Source: a virus
DNA: 64,000 bases
IMG/VR virus record: IMGVR_UViG_3300032242_001280
Reading direction: 5' to 3' (one strand)
Notes under the pieces: generated by a model
What the model saw: only the letters and a program-made list of their open reading frames with translations
What the model was told of the DNA's origin: nothing
The model's database searches: none
Program-made: the position numbers and the translations under genes
Shown: one piece after another, positions 21,730 to 30,672 of the stretch
Position numbering within the stretch: position 1 is the first letter of the stretch
Layout of the letters: every line of letters starts with the position of its first letter

Positions 21730-22671
21730 ATGACATTTTATATTAAGAAAACAAATGGAACAGCACTTGCGTCAATAGCAGATGGTACTATCAATAATAC
21801 TACTACATCGATAACTCTAGTTGGCAAAAATTTTCCAACATATGGCCAGTTATTAAATCAAAATTTAGTTAGTATGTTAGAAAATTTTGCCAACACTATA
21901 AGTCCAAATCCTGCACTAACTGGTCAGCTATGGTACAATAGTTCTGCCAATACATTGCAATATTATCGTGCTGGAACAGCAAGTAACTACTGGCAAAATT
22001 TAGCAAATATTACATATAGTTCAACTACGCCAACCGCTGTTCAGCAGAATGATCTTTGGTGGGATACTGCAAACCAACAATTAAAATATTATGATAATTT
22101 TCAGTGGATTACTATTGGTCCACAAACAACAAATGATGGAATGAATCGCGTCAGCGGAACAAACAGTTTTATTGTACAGATTGGTGGTAACAATGTGTTT
22201 ACTGTAGATGCTTATGGTCGTGTAAATGCTGCATATAATCCAGTGGTTCAAGGCACAGGAAATTCTGCTTCTGCTCAATTTGTTGGCACTGGGTTATTGT
22301 ACCCAATAACTTGGATTCCAAATATTACAGTTAATGTCGGTGCTTATTTTAATGGTAGCACTGGTGTTTTCACTTGTCCAGCCAACGGCATTTATCAAGT
22401 TTCTGCAACCGTTGTAAGTTTAGGATATCCTAGCGCAACAGTAACCTCAACTCAGCGGATAGATTGGTTAAAAAATCAAAGCACTACTGGCATAGGTGCA
22501 AGAGTAAAACACCAAAATATTTTGTCTTCTAGCACTACTGCCTTTCCAATGACTGCATCTGGTTATATTTCATGTAACGCAAATGATACTTTGCAGTTGA
22601 CTGCTTCAGCGGATTCTGGCGGGGTTATAGACTACCTTGATAGCAGTATGAGCATTCGGCTAGTAGCCTAA
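21730..22671 (+). CDS. Short tail fibre/adhesin with C1q/TNF-like C-terminal domain
   Basis: N-terminal attachment domain shared with the next three genes (DGT-N...TS-TLVGKN...YG...LENF...GQLW); C-terminal FNGSTGVFTCPANGIYQV resembles a C1q-like trimer domain. Confidence 0.7.
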   Translation: MTFYIKKTNGTALASIADGTINNTTTSITLVGKNFPTYGQLLNQNLVSMLENFANTISPNPALTGQLWYNSSANTLQYYRAGTASNYWQNLANITYSSTTPTAVQQNDLWWDTANQQLKYYDNFQWITIGPQTTNDGMNRVSGTNSFIVQIGGNNVFTVDAYGRVNAAYNPVVQGTGNSASAQFVGTGLLYPITWIPNITVNVGAYFNGSTGVFTCPANGIYQVSATVVSLGYPSATVTSTQRIDWLKNQSTTGIGARVKHQNILSSSTTAFPMTASGYISCNANDTLQLTASADSGGVIDYLDSSMSIRLVA

Positions 22672-22675
22672 GCCC

Positions 22676-22683
22676 TATAAATA
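22676..22683 (+). promoter_or_regulatory. T4-type late promoter TATAAATA (representative of a TAAATA family)
   Basis: Exact T4 late consensus before a fibre gene. TAAATA also precedes genes at 2455, 2874, 26163, 30642/30646, 33982/33986 (+) and 52072, ~57665 (-). Confidence 0.7.
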
Positions 22684-22701
22684 CATTTAGGAAGTTAAAT
22701 T

Positions 22702-25700
22702 ATGAGTTATAATGTTTATAAGACCGATGGCAATCTGCTTACAACAGTAAATGATGGCGCTATTAATAACAAAACCTCATTGAATCTGGTAGGCATTGGA
22801 TACGAGCCATATGCTGAATCCATTGCCGAAAGTCTTGTGCATCTGATGGAAAATTTTAGCAGCTTAACGCCACCAACTTCGCCAATAATTGGTCAACTTT
22901 GGTGGGACGCTGTAAATCATAAACTTAACATCTATGATGGTACTGTTTTCAAGGCAATTAATAACATTAATGTCAGTGCAACTACACCAATAAGCAATAC
23001 CTTTGGTGATTATTGGTATGATACAGTAAGCCAGCAATTAAAATTTTATACACTTACTGGTTGGTTAGTTATTGCACCAGCATACACCGTAAACCAAGGC
23101 GTTAGTGGACAGATTGTTAATACGCTAACTGATACCCAAGGGTTATCTCATACTGTAACCAGCTTATATAATGCTAATAACTTAATTGCTGCAATAGTAG
23201 CTGAACCATTTTCAACTTATAATTTGCCTGGTTTATATACCGTACAAAACGGTATAAACCTAGCTGCTGGTTACGAATTAAATGGTACAGTAAGTATTGC
23301 TAGAGAATCACTTGGTCTAACTGCAAATGCTGATGTAACTTATATGCGCAGTAATTCTAATACCAGTACCATCGGAACAATAACCGTTAACAACGACGGT
23401 GGTTTGGTAATAGGTAATTCTTCTATTTTAAATATTCAAAAACAAGTAGGTGGCAATGCCTTAGATACTATTAGATTACATACAGTAACTGGAAATTTAA
23501 GACTTACTGCGGGTGACGCAGAAGCTGGCGGTGCTGATTTATATATAACGAATACAGGAAAATATGGCTTTGGTGACCGAAACCCATATTATACCGTGGG
23601 AATTTCTGGTGATCTTGGGTTAAGTGGTAACATTTGGCAAATTGCAGGTGGCAATAACGGAATATACTGGGATACAACCGTTGGTACTAGTATATCACAC
23701 GGTACCCAATATTACCCTAATGGAAATGTAAGTCTTAGTCAATTAGTGTTGCAGCATGGTTCATCAATTATAAATTTAACAGAAAATGGTACCATTGGTA
23801 TCACTGGCCCTATTATATATGGAAATACACAGGCGCAGGGTCCAGTATATGTTTATAATAGTGTATACGCGCAAGGAATAAATGCGCCAACTATAGGAAA
23901 TAGCAGTACTACATTTAACGGTTTTAATTCAATAACTCAGTATGGTTCTGTTACTTCTTTACTTAAAGCATATGCTATTAATGGCGCTACGATTGGAAAC
24001 AGTGGCGCAGTAATCACTGGCGATAGTCTTACTACAAATACTATCAATGCTGGTTTAATTGGAAATTCTAGCAGTACTCAGTTGCAAGGAACATTAATTA
24101 CCGCTGCTCAAGGAAATATCACCAGTCTTGGGCTGTTAACTGGCTTAACAAGCGTTGGAACTATTAAAGCAGCAACAATGAATGCTGGCGTTATTGGTAA
24201 TACAGGTGCTGCATTTAGCGGTGCCACTGCAACTCTTACTGGTGCAGTAGCAGCAAACACTTATACTGGTGTTGCAATCAATGCTGGTACAATTGGTAAC
24301 GCAGGTGCAGCTATTATTGGTGCCACTGTCACCACTACTGGTTTAATTTCAACAACTGGTACCGCAACTGCTTCTATAATGAACGCTGGCACTTTAAATG
24401 CTACGACTATAAATGCAACACAAGAATCAGTGACAACATTAAATGCTGGAACTTTAATAACCTCTCCACTAGTACAGGCTGCTACTATAGGAAATAGTGG
24501 TGCTGCTATTGTTGGAGCTACTTCAACAATGTCTGGCGCAAGCAAAGCTGCAAGTTATACTACTACTGGCGGTGGACAATTATCAGGATATTTTACAGGC
24601 GTTATTGGAGCAAATGTTCCAAATGTAGCTTTTTTTACCACAGTAACTGTTAGCAGTAATCATACTACACAAGGAGTGGCTGCTGCTCCTACTATTAATG
24701 CAGCTAGCATTGGTAACGCAGGTACTGCATATACTGGATCAACCTTATCTCTTACTAATTCAGTTACTGCACCAACTCTTACTGGAGCAACTATTCAAGG
24801 CGTAACCGTTACTGGCGCAACTATTGGTAATACAGGTGCAGTATTTACTGGTGCAAGTGAAACTTTAACTGATTCTGTAACCGTACCAACATTAAATGCT
24901 GGTCAAATAAATGCAAGTACAGTGGGTAATGCAACTACTACACATACTGGTGTAAGTGCAACATTAACAGGCGCAGTTACAGTTCCTACGCTAAATGCTG
25001 GTCAAATAAATGCAAGAACAGTAGGTAATGCAACAACAACTTATAGCGGTGTAAGTGCAACATTAACAGGCGCAGTTACAGTTCCTACGCTAAATGCTGG
25101 TCAAATAAATGCAAGAACAGTAGGTAATGCAACAACAACTTATAGCGGTGTAAGTGCAATTCTAACAGGTGCAATTAGTACCAGTGGTCCTGTAAGTGCT
25201 CCTGTGATTTATGCTGGCATATTTGGTAATTCTGAAGCAACATTTACTGGCGAAAGTGCTACTTTTAGCAATGATATTACCATCGGTGGATATGCATATG
25301 CAAGTAGAAGACCTACTCAAGACGCACACCTTGCTAACAAAGAATATGTAGACGAGGAGACTGAAGGAAGACGGCTTCCTATTGGCGCGATTATACTGTG
25401 GTATGGCAGAGGAGATGATGTTCCGGGTGGATGGCGTTTATGTGATGGAACAGGCGGCACACCAGATTTGCGTAATAGATTTGTTATGGGCGCTGATCTT
25501 GAAGAAGGTCCTGGAGGAGTAAGAAACGGAGATACTGGTGGTATTAATTCAATTTCAACGACTACTGCTAGTGCAGGTGGACACTTCCATACTGCAAGTA
25601 CTACTAGTACTGGTGTTCATTCCCATAGCATAACAATTAATGGCATACCTGCTCACACTCACGATTTCTATGATGTTTATGGTTTTGACGATGACGATGG

Positions 25701-26157
25701 CGGCGGAGGAAGCGTTGGTAATTATAATATAATTAACGGTGTTCCAACATATTATCCTTATAATCCTGCATCTGGCATAGGACTTACTCCAAGTGCATTA
25801 GTAAACAGACCATCTGTGCCAACAACTTTGTTAAGGGATGCCGATGGAAAGCTTGTTCAGCCATCTCTATATTATAGTAAAGGCAGTCCACAAGGAAACG
25901 GCTATGAGTTTTTCTTTCAAAATAATGAAGGCAGCACAGACCCTTCATTTAGCGGTGGTCAAGATGCTGCTACCTTTGCATTTAAAAACCGCACTCTTTC
26001 AACAGGTACTGGCGCTGGCGTAACCGCAACTACTGATGCTGGTGGTGCGCATAACCATACTAGTGTGACAGATACTGCGGAAGCACATACACATGGTATA
26101 TCTTTTGATAATAGACCAGCTTTCATGGCAATTGCCTACATAATGCGAATATCATAA
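22702..26157 (+). CDS. Tail fibre with collar domain and HxH metal-binding needle tip
   Basis: Shared N-domain; G/T/A-rich repeats; LPIGAIILWYG...GWRLCDG...TPDLRNRFVMG collar motif; five HxH motifs near the C-terminus. Confidence 0.85.
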   Translation: MSYNVYKTDGNLLTTVNDGAINNKTSLNLVGIGYEPYAESIAESLVHLMENFSSLTPPTSPIIGQLWWDAVNHKLNIYDGTVFKAINNINVSATTPISNTFGDYWYDTVSQQLKFYTLTGWLVIAPAYTVNQGVSGQIVNTLTDTQGLSHTVTSLYNANNLIAAIVAEPFSTYNLPGLYTVQNGINLAAGYELNGTVSIARESLGLTANADVTYMRSNSNTSTIGTITVNNDGGLVIGNSSILNIQKQVGGNALDTIRLHTVTGNLRLTAGDAEAGGADLYITNTGKYGFGDRNPYYTVGISGDLGLSGNIWQIAGGNNGIYWDTTVGTSISHGTQYYPNGNVSLSQLVLQHGSSIINLTENGTIGITGPIIYGNTQAQGPVYVYNSVYAQGINAPTIGNSSTTFNGFNSITQYGSVTSLLKAYAINGATIGNSGAVITGDSLTTNTINAGLIGNSSSTQLQGTLITAAQGNITSLGLLTGLTSVGTIKAATMNAGVIGNTGAAFSGATATLTGAVAANTYTGVAINAGTIGNAGAAIIGATVTTTGLISTTGTATASIMNAGTLNATTINATQESVTTLNAGTLITSPLVQAATIGNSGAAIVGATSTMSGASKAASYTTTGGGQLSGYFTGVIGANVPNVAFFTTVTVSSNHTTQGVAAAPTINAASIGNAGTAYTGSTLSLTNSVTAPTLTGATIQGVTVTGATIGNTGAVFTGASETLTDSVTVPTLNAGQINASTVGNATTTHTGVSATLTGAVTVPTLNAGQINARTVGNATTTYSGVSATLTGAVTVPTLNAGQINARTVGNATTTYSGVSAILTGAISTSGPVSAPVIYAGIFGNSEATFTGESATFSNDITIGGYAYASRRPTQDAHLANKEYVDEETEGRRLPIGAIILWYGRGDDVPGGWRLCDGTGGTPDLRNRFVMGADLEEGPGGVRNGDTGGINSISTTTASAGGHFHTASTTSTGVHSHSITINGIPAHTHDFYDVYGFDDDDGGGGSVGNYNIINGVPTYYPYNPASGIGLTPSALVNRPSVPTTLLRDADGKLVQPSLYYSKGSPQGNGYEFFFQNNEGSTDPSFSGGQDAATFAFKNRTLSTGTGAGVTATTDAGGAHNHTSVTDTAEAHTHGISFDNRPAFMAIAYIMRIS
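24949..25159 (+). repeat. Perfect 99-bp tandem duplication (33-aa fibre repeat)
   Basis: 24949-25047 is identical to 25048-25146 and continues 13 nt into a third copy. Confidence 0.95.
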
Positions 26158-26187
26158 TCTGCTAAATATTTCTGTTGGTGGATTAAT

Positions 26188-29100
26188 ATGACATATACTT
26201 TAAAGAACACTGCAGGTGCGACCGTTGCTACAGTCAATGATAACACTGAAAATATTGTTAGCACAAGTTTAACCTTCATTGGTAAAAACTATCCTGGGTA
26301 TGGTCTTGCCCTCAATGAAAATTTTTTATATCTTTTAGAAAACTTTAGTAACTCTGCGGGAAATCCTCCTCCTTATGCGATCCAAGGACAGCTATGGTGG
26401 GAAAGCACTAATAAATTTTTAACAGTATTTGATGGTTCGGCTTGGAGAACGGTATATGGCAATCTCTCAAGCTTGGTTGTTAACACAAGTATAACTGCTT
26501 CAACCATTACTGTTGCAACTGCTACTAGTAGCACACTTAATGTTGGACAAATAAATGCTGGTGTAGTTGGCAATGCAACCACAACACATGCTGGTACAAG
26601 TGCAACTCTTACTAGCGCAGTGACAGTTCCAACCGTTAATGCTGGTCAAATAAATGCAAGCACAATAGGTAACACCACCACAACTTATAGCGGCGTAAGC
26701 GAAACTTTAACTGGTTCTGTTACTGTTCCTACAATAAATGTTGGTCAAATAAATGCAAGCACAATAGGTAACACCACCACAACTTATAGCGGCGTAAGCG
26801 AAACTTTAACCAGTTTTGTGACGGTTCCTACAATAAATGTTGGTCAAATAAATGCAAGTACTATTGGCAATGCTACGACAAATTATAGTGGTGTTAATGA
26901 TACGCTAACTGGAACTACCACCGTTCCTACAATAAATGTAGGTACAATTAATGCTAACTTGATCGGCAATTCAAACACCACATATATTGGTGATAATATT
27001 TTAATAAGTGCAAACATAGTTGTGCCTATTGCTAACATAGGAACTATAAACGCAAGCACTATTGGTAATGCTACAACAACTTATAGCGGCGTAAGTACTA
27101 CATTGACTGGAGCTACTACGGTTCCTACGCTAAATGCTGGTCAAATAAATGCAAGTACAGTAGGTAATGCAACAACCACTTATAGTGGCGTAAGCACTAC
27201 ATTGACGGGCACAGTTACAGTTCCTACAGTAAATGCTGGTCAGATAAATGCAAGTACTGTTGGTAATACCACAACCACTTATAGCGGCGTAAGCGAAACT
27301 TTAACTGGTTCTGTTACTGTTCCTACGATAAATGTTGGAACATTAAATGCTAACGCAATTGGTAATTCAACATCGACCTATAGTGGCGTGAGCGGAACTC
27401 TTTCTGGAACTTTTGCAGCAAATTCATTTACTGCGGTAACTGTTTATGCAGGTACGCTTGGTAATACAAATGCACTTTTCACTGGCTATCTTACTACTGC
27501 TTCTCAGCCAAATGTTACTAGTCTTGGTACACTAACAAGTCTAACTGTTACAAATACCATAGCAGCAAATGCTTATACCGCTAACGCAATGTATGCTGGT
27601 ACACTTGGTAACACAGGAACAACTTTAACTGGAACGCTGTCAACTAATGCTCAGCCTAATATCACTTCTGTTGGACAGTTAACTTCTCTCAATGTTACTG
27701 GAACCACTGCTACTAATTTAATAAATGCAGGTCAAATAGGCAATGCAAGCACTACTGTATTGGTAGGTACATTAGGAACTGCCGCCGCTGCACAAGGAAA
27801 TATCACTTCTGTCGGACAGTTAACTTCACTTAATGTTACAGGAACTGCCACAGCTAATCAGTTGCAAGCAGGACTAATAGGAAACAGTGGTTCACTGTTA
27901 CAAGGCACTCTTATTACTGCTGCTCAACCAAACATCACTAGCACTGGTACACTTACTTCTCTTAATGTTACGAATACTGTAACAGCAAATATTCATACTG
28001 GCGCTGCCGTTTATGCAGGAAATATAGGTAATACTGGCGCAGCCCTAACTGGCGCGACACTTAGCCTTAGCGGACAAGCTAACTTAGCAAATACTGCTGT
28101 TAGTAGCGTATATGTTACAGGCGGTGTTTATTGGCAGAGTAACGGTAATCCAATTGGATCATATAGTCCACTAGCAATCGCTGCTGGCGGCAATACTATG
28201 TTGCAGTTTAATAATGCTGGCACAACATACGGTTCAACTTATCTACAGTACAATATTGTTAGTGGGAATCTTATAAGCAATAGTACAACAACTTCTACTT
28301 CTACAACAACAGGTGCTATTGTTGTTCCAAGCATTGGTGTAAGTGGAAATGTTAACGCAAATGCATTTTACAGTAACTATTTCTTATATTCAAATGGCGC
28401 AACTATTGTTACTCCTCCTAGTGGAGCTAATACCTTTATCCAATTTAACAGCAGCGGCTCCTTCGGCGGCGCAAATTATTTACAATACAATATTACTAGT
28501 GGAAATCTTGTAAGTAATAGTACTACTATAAGCACAAGTCAAATAACTGGTGCCCTTGTTCTTGGCGGTGGTATAGGTGTTGGCGGAGCTATTAACGCAG
28601 CCAATGTTGCAACTACGCCTGTTGCGCCTAATCCAACCAATGGAATTAATACACTTGGATTGTATACTTCTGGCTCTTATGGTGGTGGCATTGGTTTACT
28701 CGATGGCACTTGGGGCTGGGGTATATATGATACCTTTGGTCAGTTAAATTTTGGTAATTCAACAGGCGCTACTGGATCAGTAACTCAGAGAATTCAATTT
28801 GGTAATACAGGAACTATCACTGCTGGTGGCAATATTACTGCACAAGGCGGTAATTTATATGCTGCTTATGTGGTTGCAAATAGCGGTTTAAGTGGTACAT
28901 TAATAACCAACGCACAAACAAATATTACTGGTTTAGGAACAATTACTAGTGGTACATGGAATGGTAACATCATTGGTCCAACTTATGGCGGAACTGGCGT
29001 AAACAACGGTGCTAACCAGTTAACATTGAGCAATGGTAGTTATACTATTAACCAAAGTGTTGCTCAAGGTGCTAGCCCACTATTCTCTGCTGTGTCTGCT

Positions 29101-30633
29101 GGTACTATCGGTAACAGTGGCGCTACTTTAACAGGTTTAACTGCATCTATCAATACTATTAGTGCAGGTGTGATAGGAAATACAAGCAGTACCTTACTGC
29201 AGGGCACATTAATAACTGCAGCACAGGGTAATGTCACTTCTCTTGGCACATTAACTAGCTTAACTGTAAGCGGAACAACTAATCTACAAGGCACAGCTAA
29301 TGTTGCTACTATTAATGCTACTAGCATGTATGCAACTACAATTGGAAATACTGCTGCTGCAATCAATGGTAATCTTTTCAATGGCAGTGCAGTATATGCT
29401 GGTACAATTGGTAATACTGGCGCAAGTTTAGTTGGAACAGTAAGCACTGCAGCACAAACAAGCATTACTTCGCTTGGAACATTAACTGGCTTAACAGTTA
29501 GTGGCACCACTAATCTGCAAGGCACTACGAATGGCGCAACTATTAATGGCGCAAGTATGTTTGCCACAACTATTGGCAATACTGCCTCTGCAATCAATGG
29601 TAATATTCACACTGGTAGTGCAATATATGCTGGTACTATAGGTAACACGGGTGCTTCTCTAGTTGGAACACTATCAACTGCTGCTCAAACTAATATTACC
29701 AGTGTTGGAACACTAAGTTCACTGAATGTTACTAATGCAGTTCAAGCAAATACTCATACAGGTGTCGCAGTTTATGCTGGTACTATAGGTAACACGGGTG
29801 CTTCACTCGTTGGAACACTATCGACTGCTGCACAAACCAATATCACAAGTGTTGGTACACTAGGCGCACTTACTGTTACCGCTACTATTACTGGATCAGT
29901 AAGTGGAAATGCAGGTACTGCAACCGCACTACAAACAGCAAGAAATATAAATGGCGTTTCCTTCAACGGCACTGCAGATATTACAGTTCATACTGCAGGT
30001 ACAGGTATTAGCATAAGTGGAACTACTGTAACAAATACTGGTGTTACTAGTGCAGTGGCTGGTACTGGTGTTAGTGTAAGCGGTTCTACGGGTGCAGTAA
30101 CTTTCAGTATTGGACAAGCAGTAGGCACAGGTAATTCCCCTACATTTGCTGGTCTAACATCAAGTGGAGCAATTGTTCCAAGTAGTAATAACGCAGTGAC
30201 ACTTGGAAGTGCTAGTGCTTATTGGTCAACTATATATGGTGTGTCTTTTGTTGGTTCATCAACTACTGCACAATACGCCGACTTAGCAGAAAAATATTTA
30301 CCAGATGCTGGTTATGCAGTGGGAACTGTTGTTATGGTAGGCGGAGAAGCAGAAGTCACTGCGCACACAGGCGGAAACTATCGTGCTATTGGTGTAGTCA
30401 GTGCTAATCCAGCATACAAAATGAATGATGGATTAGAAGGCGGAACTTATATTGCACTCAAAGGTCGTGTCCCTGTGTTTGTTTCTGGTCCAGTAAGCAA
30501 AGGCGATAATTTAAAAGGTAATACTGGTGGAACAGCAATTGTTGATCCAGACTTGACAACCAAGTCATTTGCAATTGCTCTTGAAACCGACAACGGTAAT
30601 GGTGTAAGGTTAATTGAGGCAGTCATCCTATAA
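26188..30633 (+). CDS. Long tail fibre with C-terminal autoproteolytic intramolecular chaperone (peptidase G2-like)
   Basis: Shared N-domain; 33-aa repeats; AQPNITS-GTL repeats; C-terminal AQYADLAEKY...GVVS-NPAY-MN...ALKGRVPV. Confidence 0.85.
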   Translation: MTYTLKNTAGATVATVNDNTENIVSTSLTFIGKNYPGYGLALNENFLYLLENFSNSAGNPPPYAIQGQLWWESTNKFLTVFDGSAWRTVYGNLSSLVVNTSITASTITVATATSSTLNVGQINAGVVGNATTTHAGTSATLTSAVTVPTVNAGQINASTIGNTTTTYSGVSETLTGSVTVPTINVGQINASTIGNTTTTYSGVSETLTSFVTVPTINVGQINASTIGNATTNYSGVNDTLTGTTTVPTINVGTINANLIGNSNTTYIGDNILISANIVVPIANIGTINASTIGNATTTYSGVSTTLTGATTVPTLNAGQINASTVGNATTTYSGVSTTLTGTVTVPTVNAGQINASTVGNTTTTYSGVSETLTGSVTVPTINVGTLNANAIGNSTSTYSGVSGTLSGTFAANSFTAVTVYAGTLGNTNALFTGYLTTASQPNVTSLGTLTSLTVTNTIAANAYTANAMYAGTLGNTGTTLTGTLSTNAQPNITSVGQLTSLNVTGTTATNLINAGQIGNASTTVLVGTLGTAAAAQGNITSVGQLTSLNVTGTATANQLQAGLIGNSGSLLQGTLITAAQPNITSTGTLTSLNVTNTVTANIHTGAAVYAGNIGNTGAALTGATLSLSGQANLANTAVSSVYVTGGVYWQSNGNPIGSYSPLAIAAGGNTMLQFNNAGTTYGSTYLQYNIVSGNLISNSTTTSTSTTTGAIVVPSIGVSGNVNANAFYSNYFLYSNGATIVTPPSGANTFIQFNSSGSFGGANYLQYNITSGNLVSNSTTISTSQITGALVLGGGIGVGGAINAANVATTPVAPNPTNGINTLGLYTSGSYGGGIGLLDGTWGWGIYDTFGQLNFGNSTGATGSVTQRIQFGNTGTITAGGNITAQGGNLYAAYVVANSGLSGTLITNAQTNITGLGTITSGTWNGNIIGPTYGGTGVNNGANQLTLSNGSYTINQSVAQGASPLFSAVSAGTIGNSGATLTGLTASINTISAGVIGNTSSTLLQGTLITAAQGNVTSLGTLTSLTVSGTTNLQGTANVATINATSMYATTIGNTAAAINGNLFNGSAVYAGTIGNTGASLVGTVSTAAQTSITSLGTLTGLTVSGTTNLQGTTNGATINGASMFATTIGNTASAINGNIHTGSAIYAGTIGNTGASLVGTLSTAAQTNITSVGTLSSLNVTNAVQANTHTGVAVYAGTIGNTGASLVGTLSTAAQTNITSVGTLGALTVTATITGSVSGNAGTATALQTARNINGVSFNGTADITVHTAGTGISISGTTVTNTGVTSAVAGTGVSVSGSTGAVTFSIGQAVGTGNSPTFAGLTSSGAIVPSSNNAVTLGSASAYWSTIYGVSFVGSSTTAQYADLAEKYLPDAGYAVGTVVMVGGEAEVTAHTGGNYRAIGVVSANPAYKMNDGLEGGTYIALKGRVPVFVSGPVSKGDNLKGNTGGTAIVDPDLTTKSFAIALETDNGNGVRLIEAVIL
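26540..27420 (+). repeat. Array of about nine 33-aa (99-bp) fibre repeats
   Basis: Repeated GQINASTIGN-TTTYSGVS-TLTG-VTVPTIN unit. Confidence 0.9.
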
Positions 30634-30672
30634 CCAATCTGTAAATAAATACATTAGAAAATAGGTGGGAAG

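Noticed and set aside
26540-27420. N-x-S/T sequons in fibre repeats as proof of N-glycosylation
   Set aside because: They are expected by chance given the high Asn/Ser/Thr content, and no oligosaccharyltransferase is visible.
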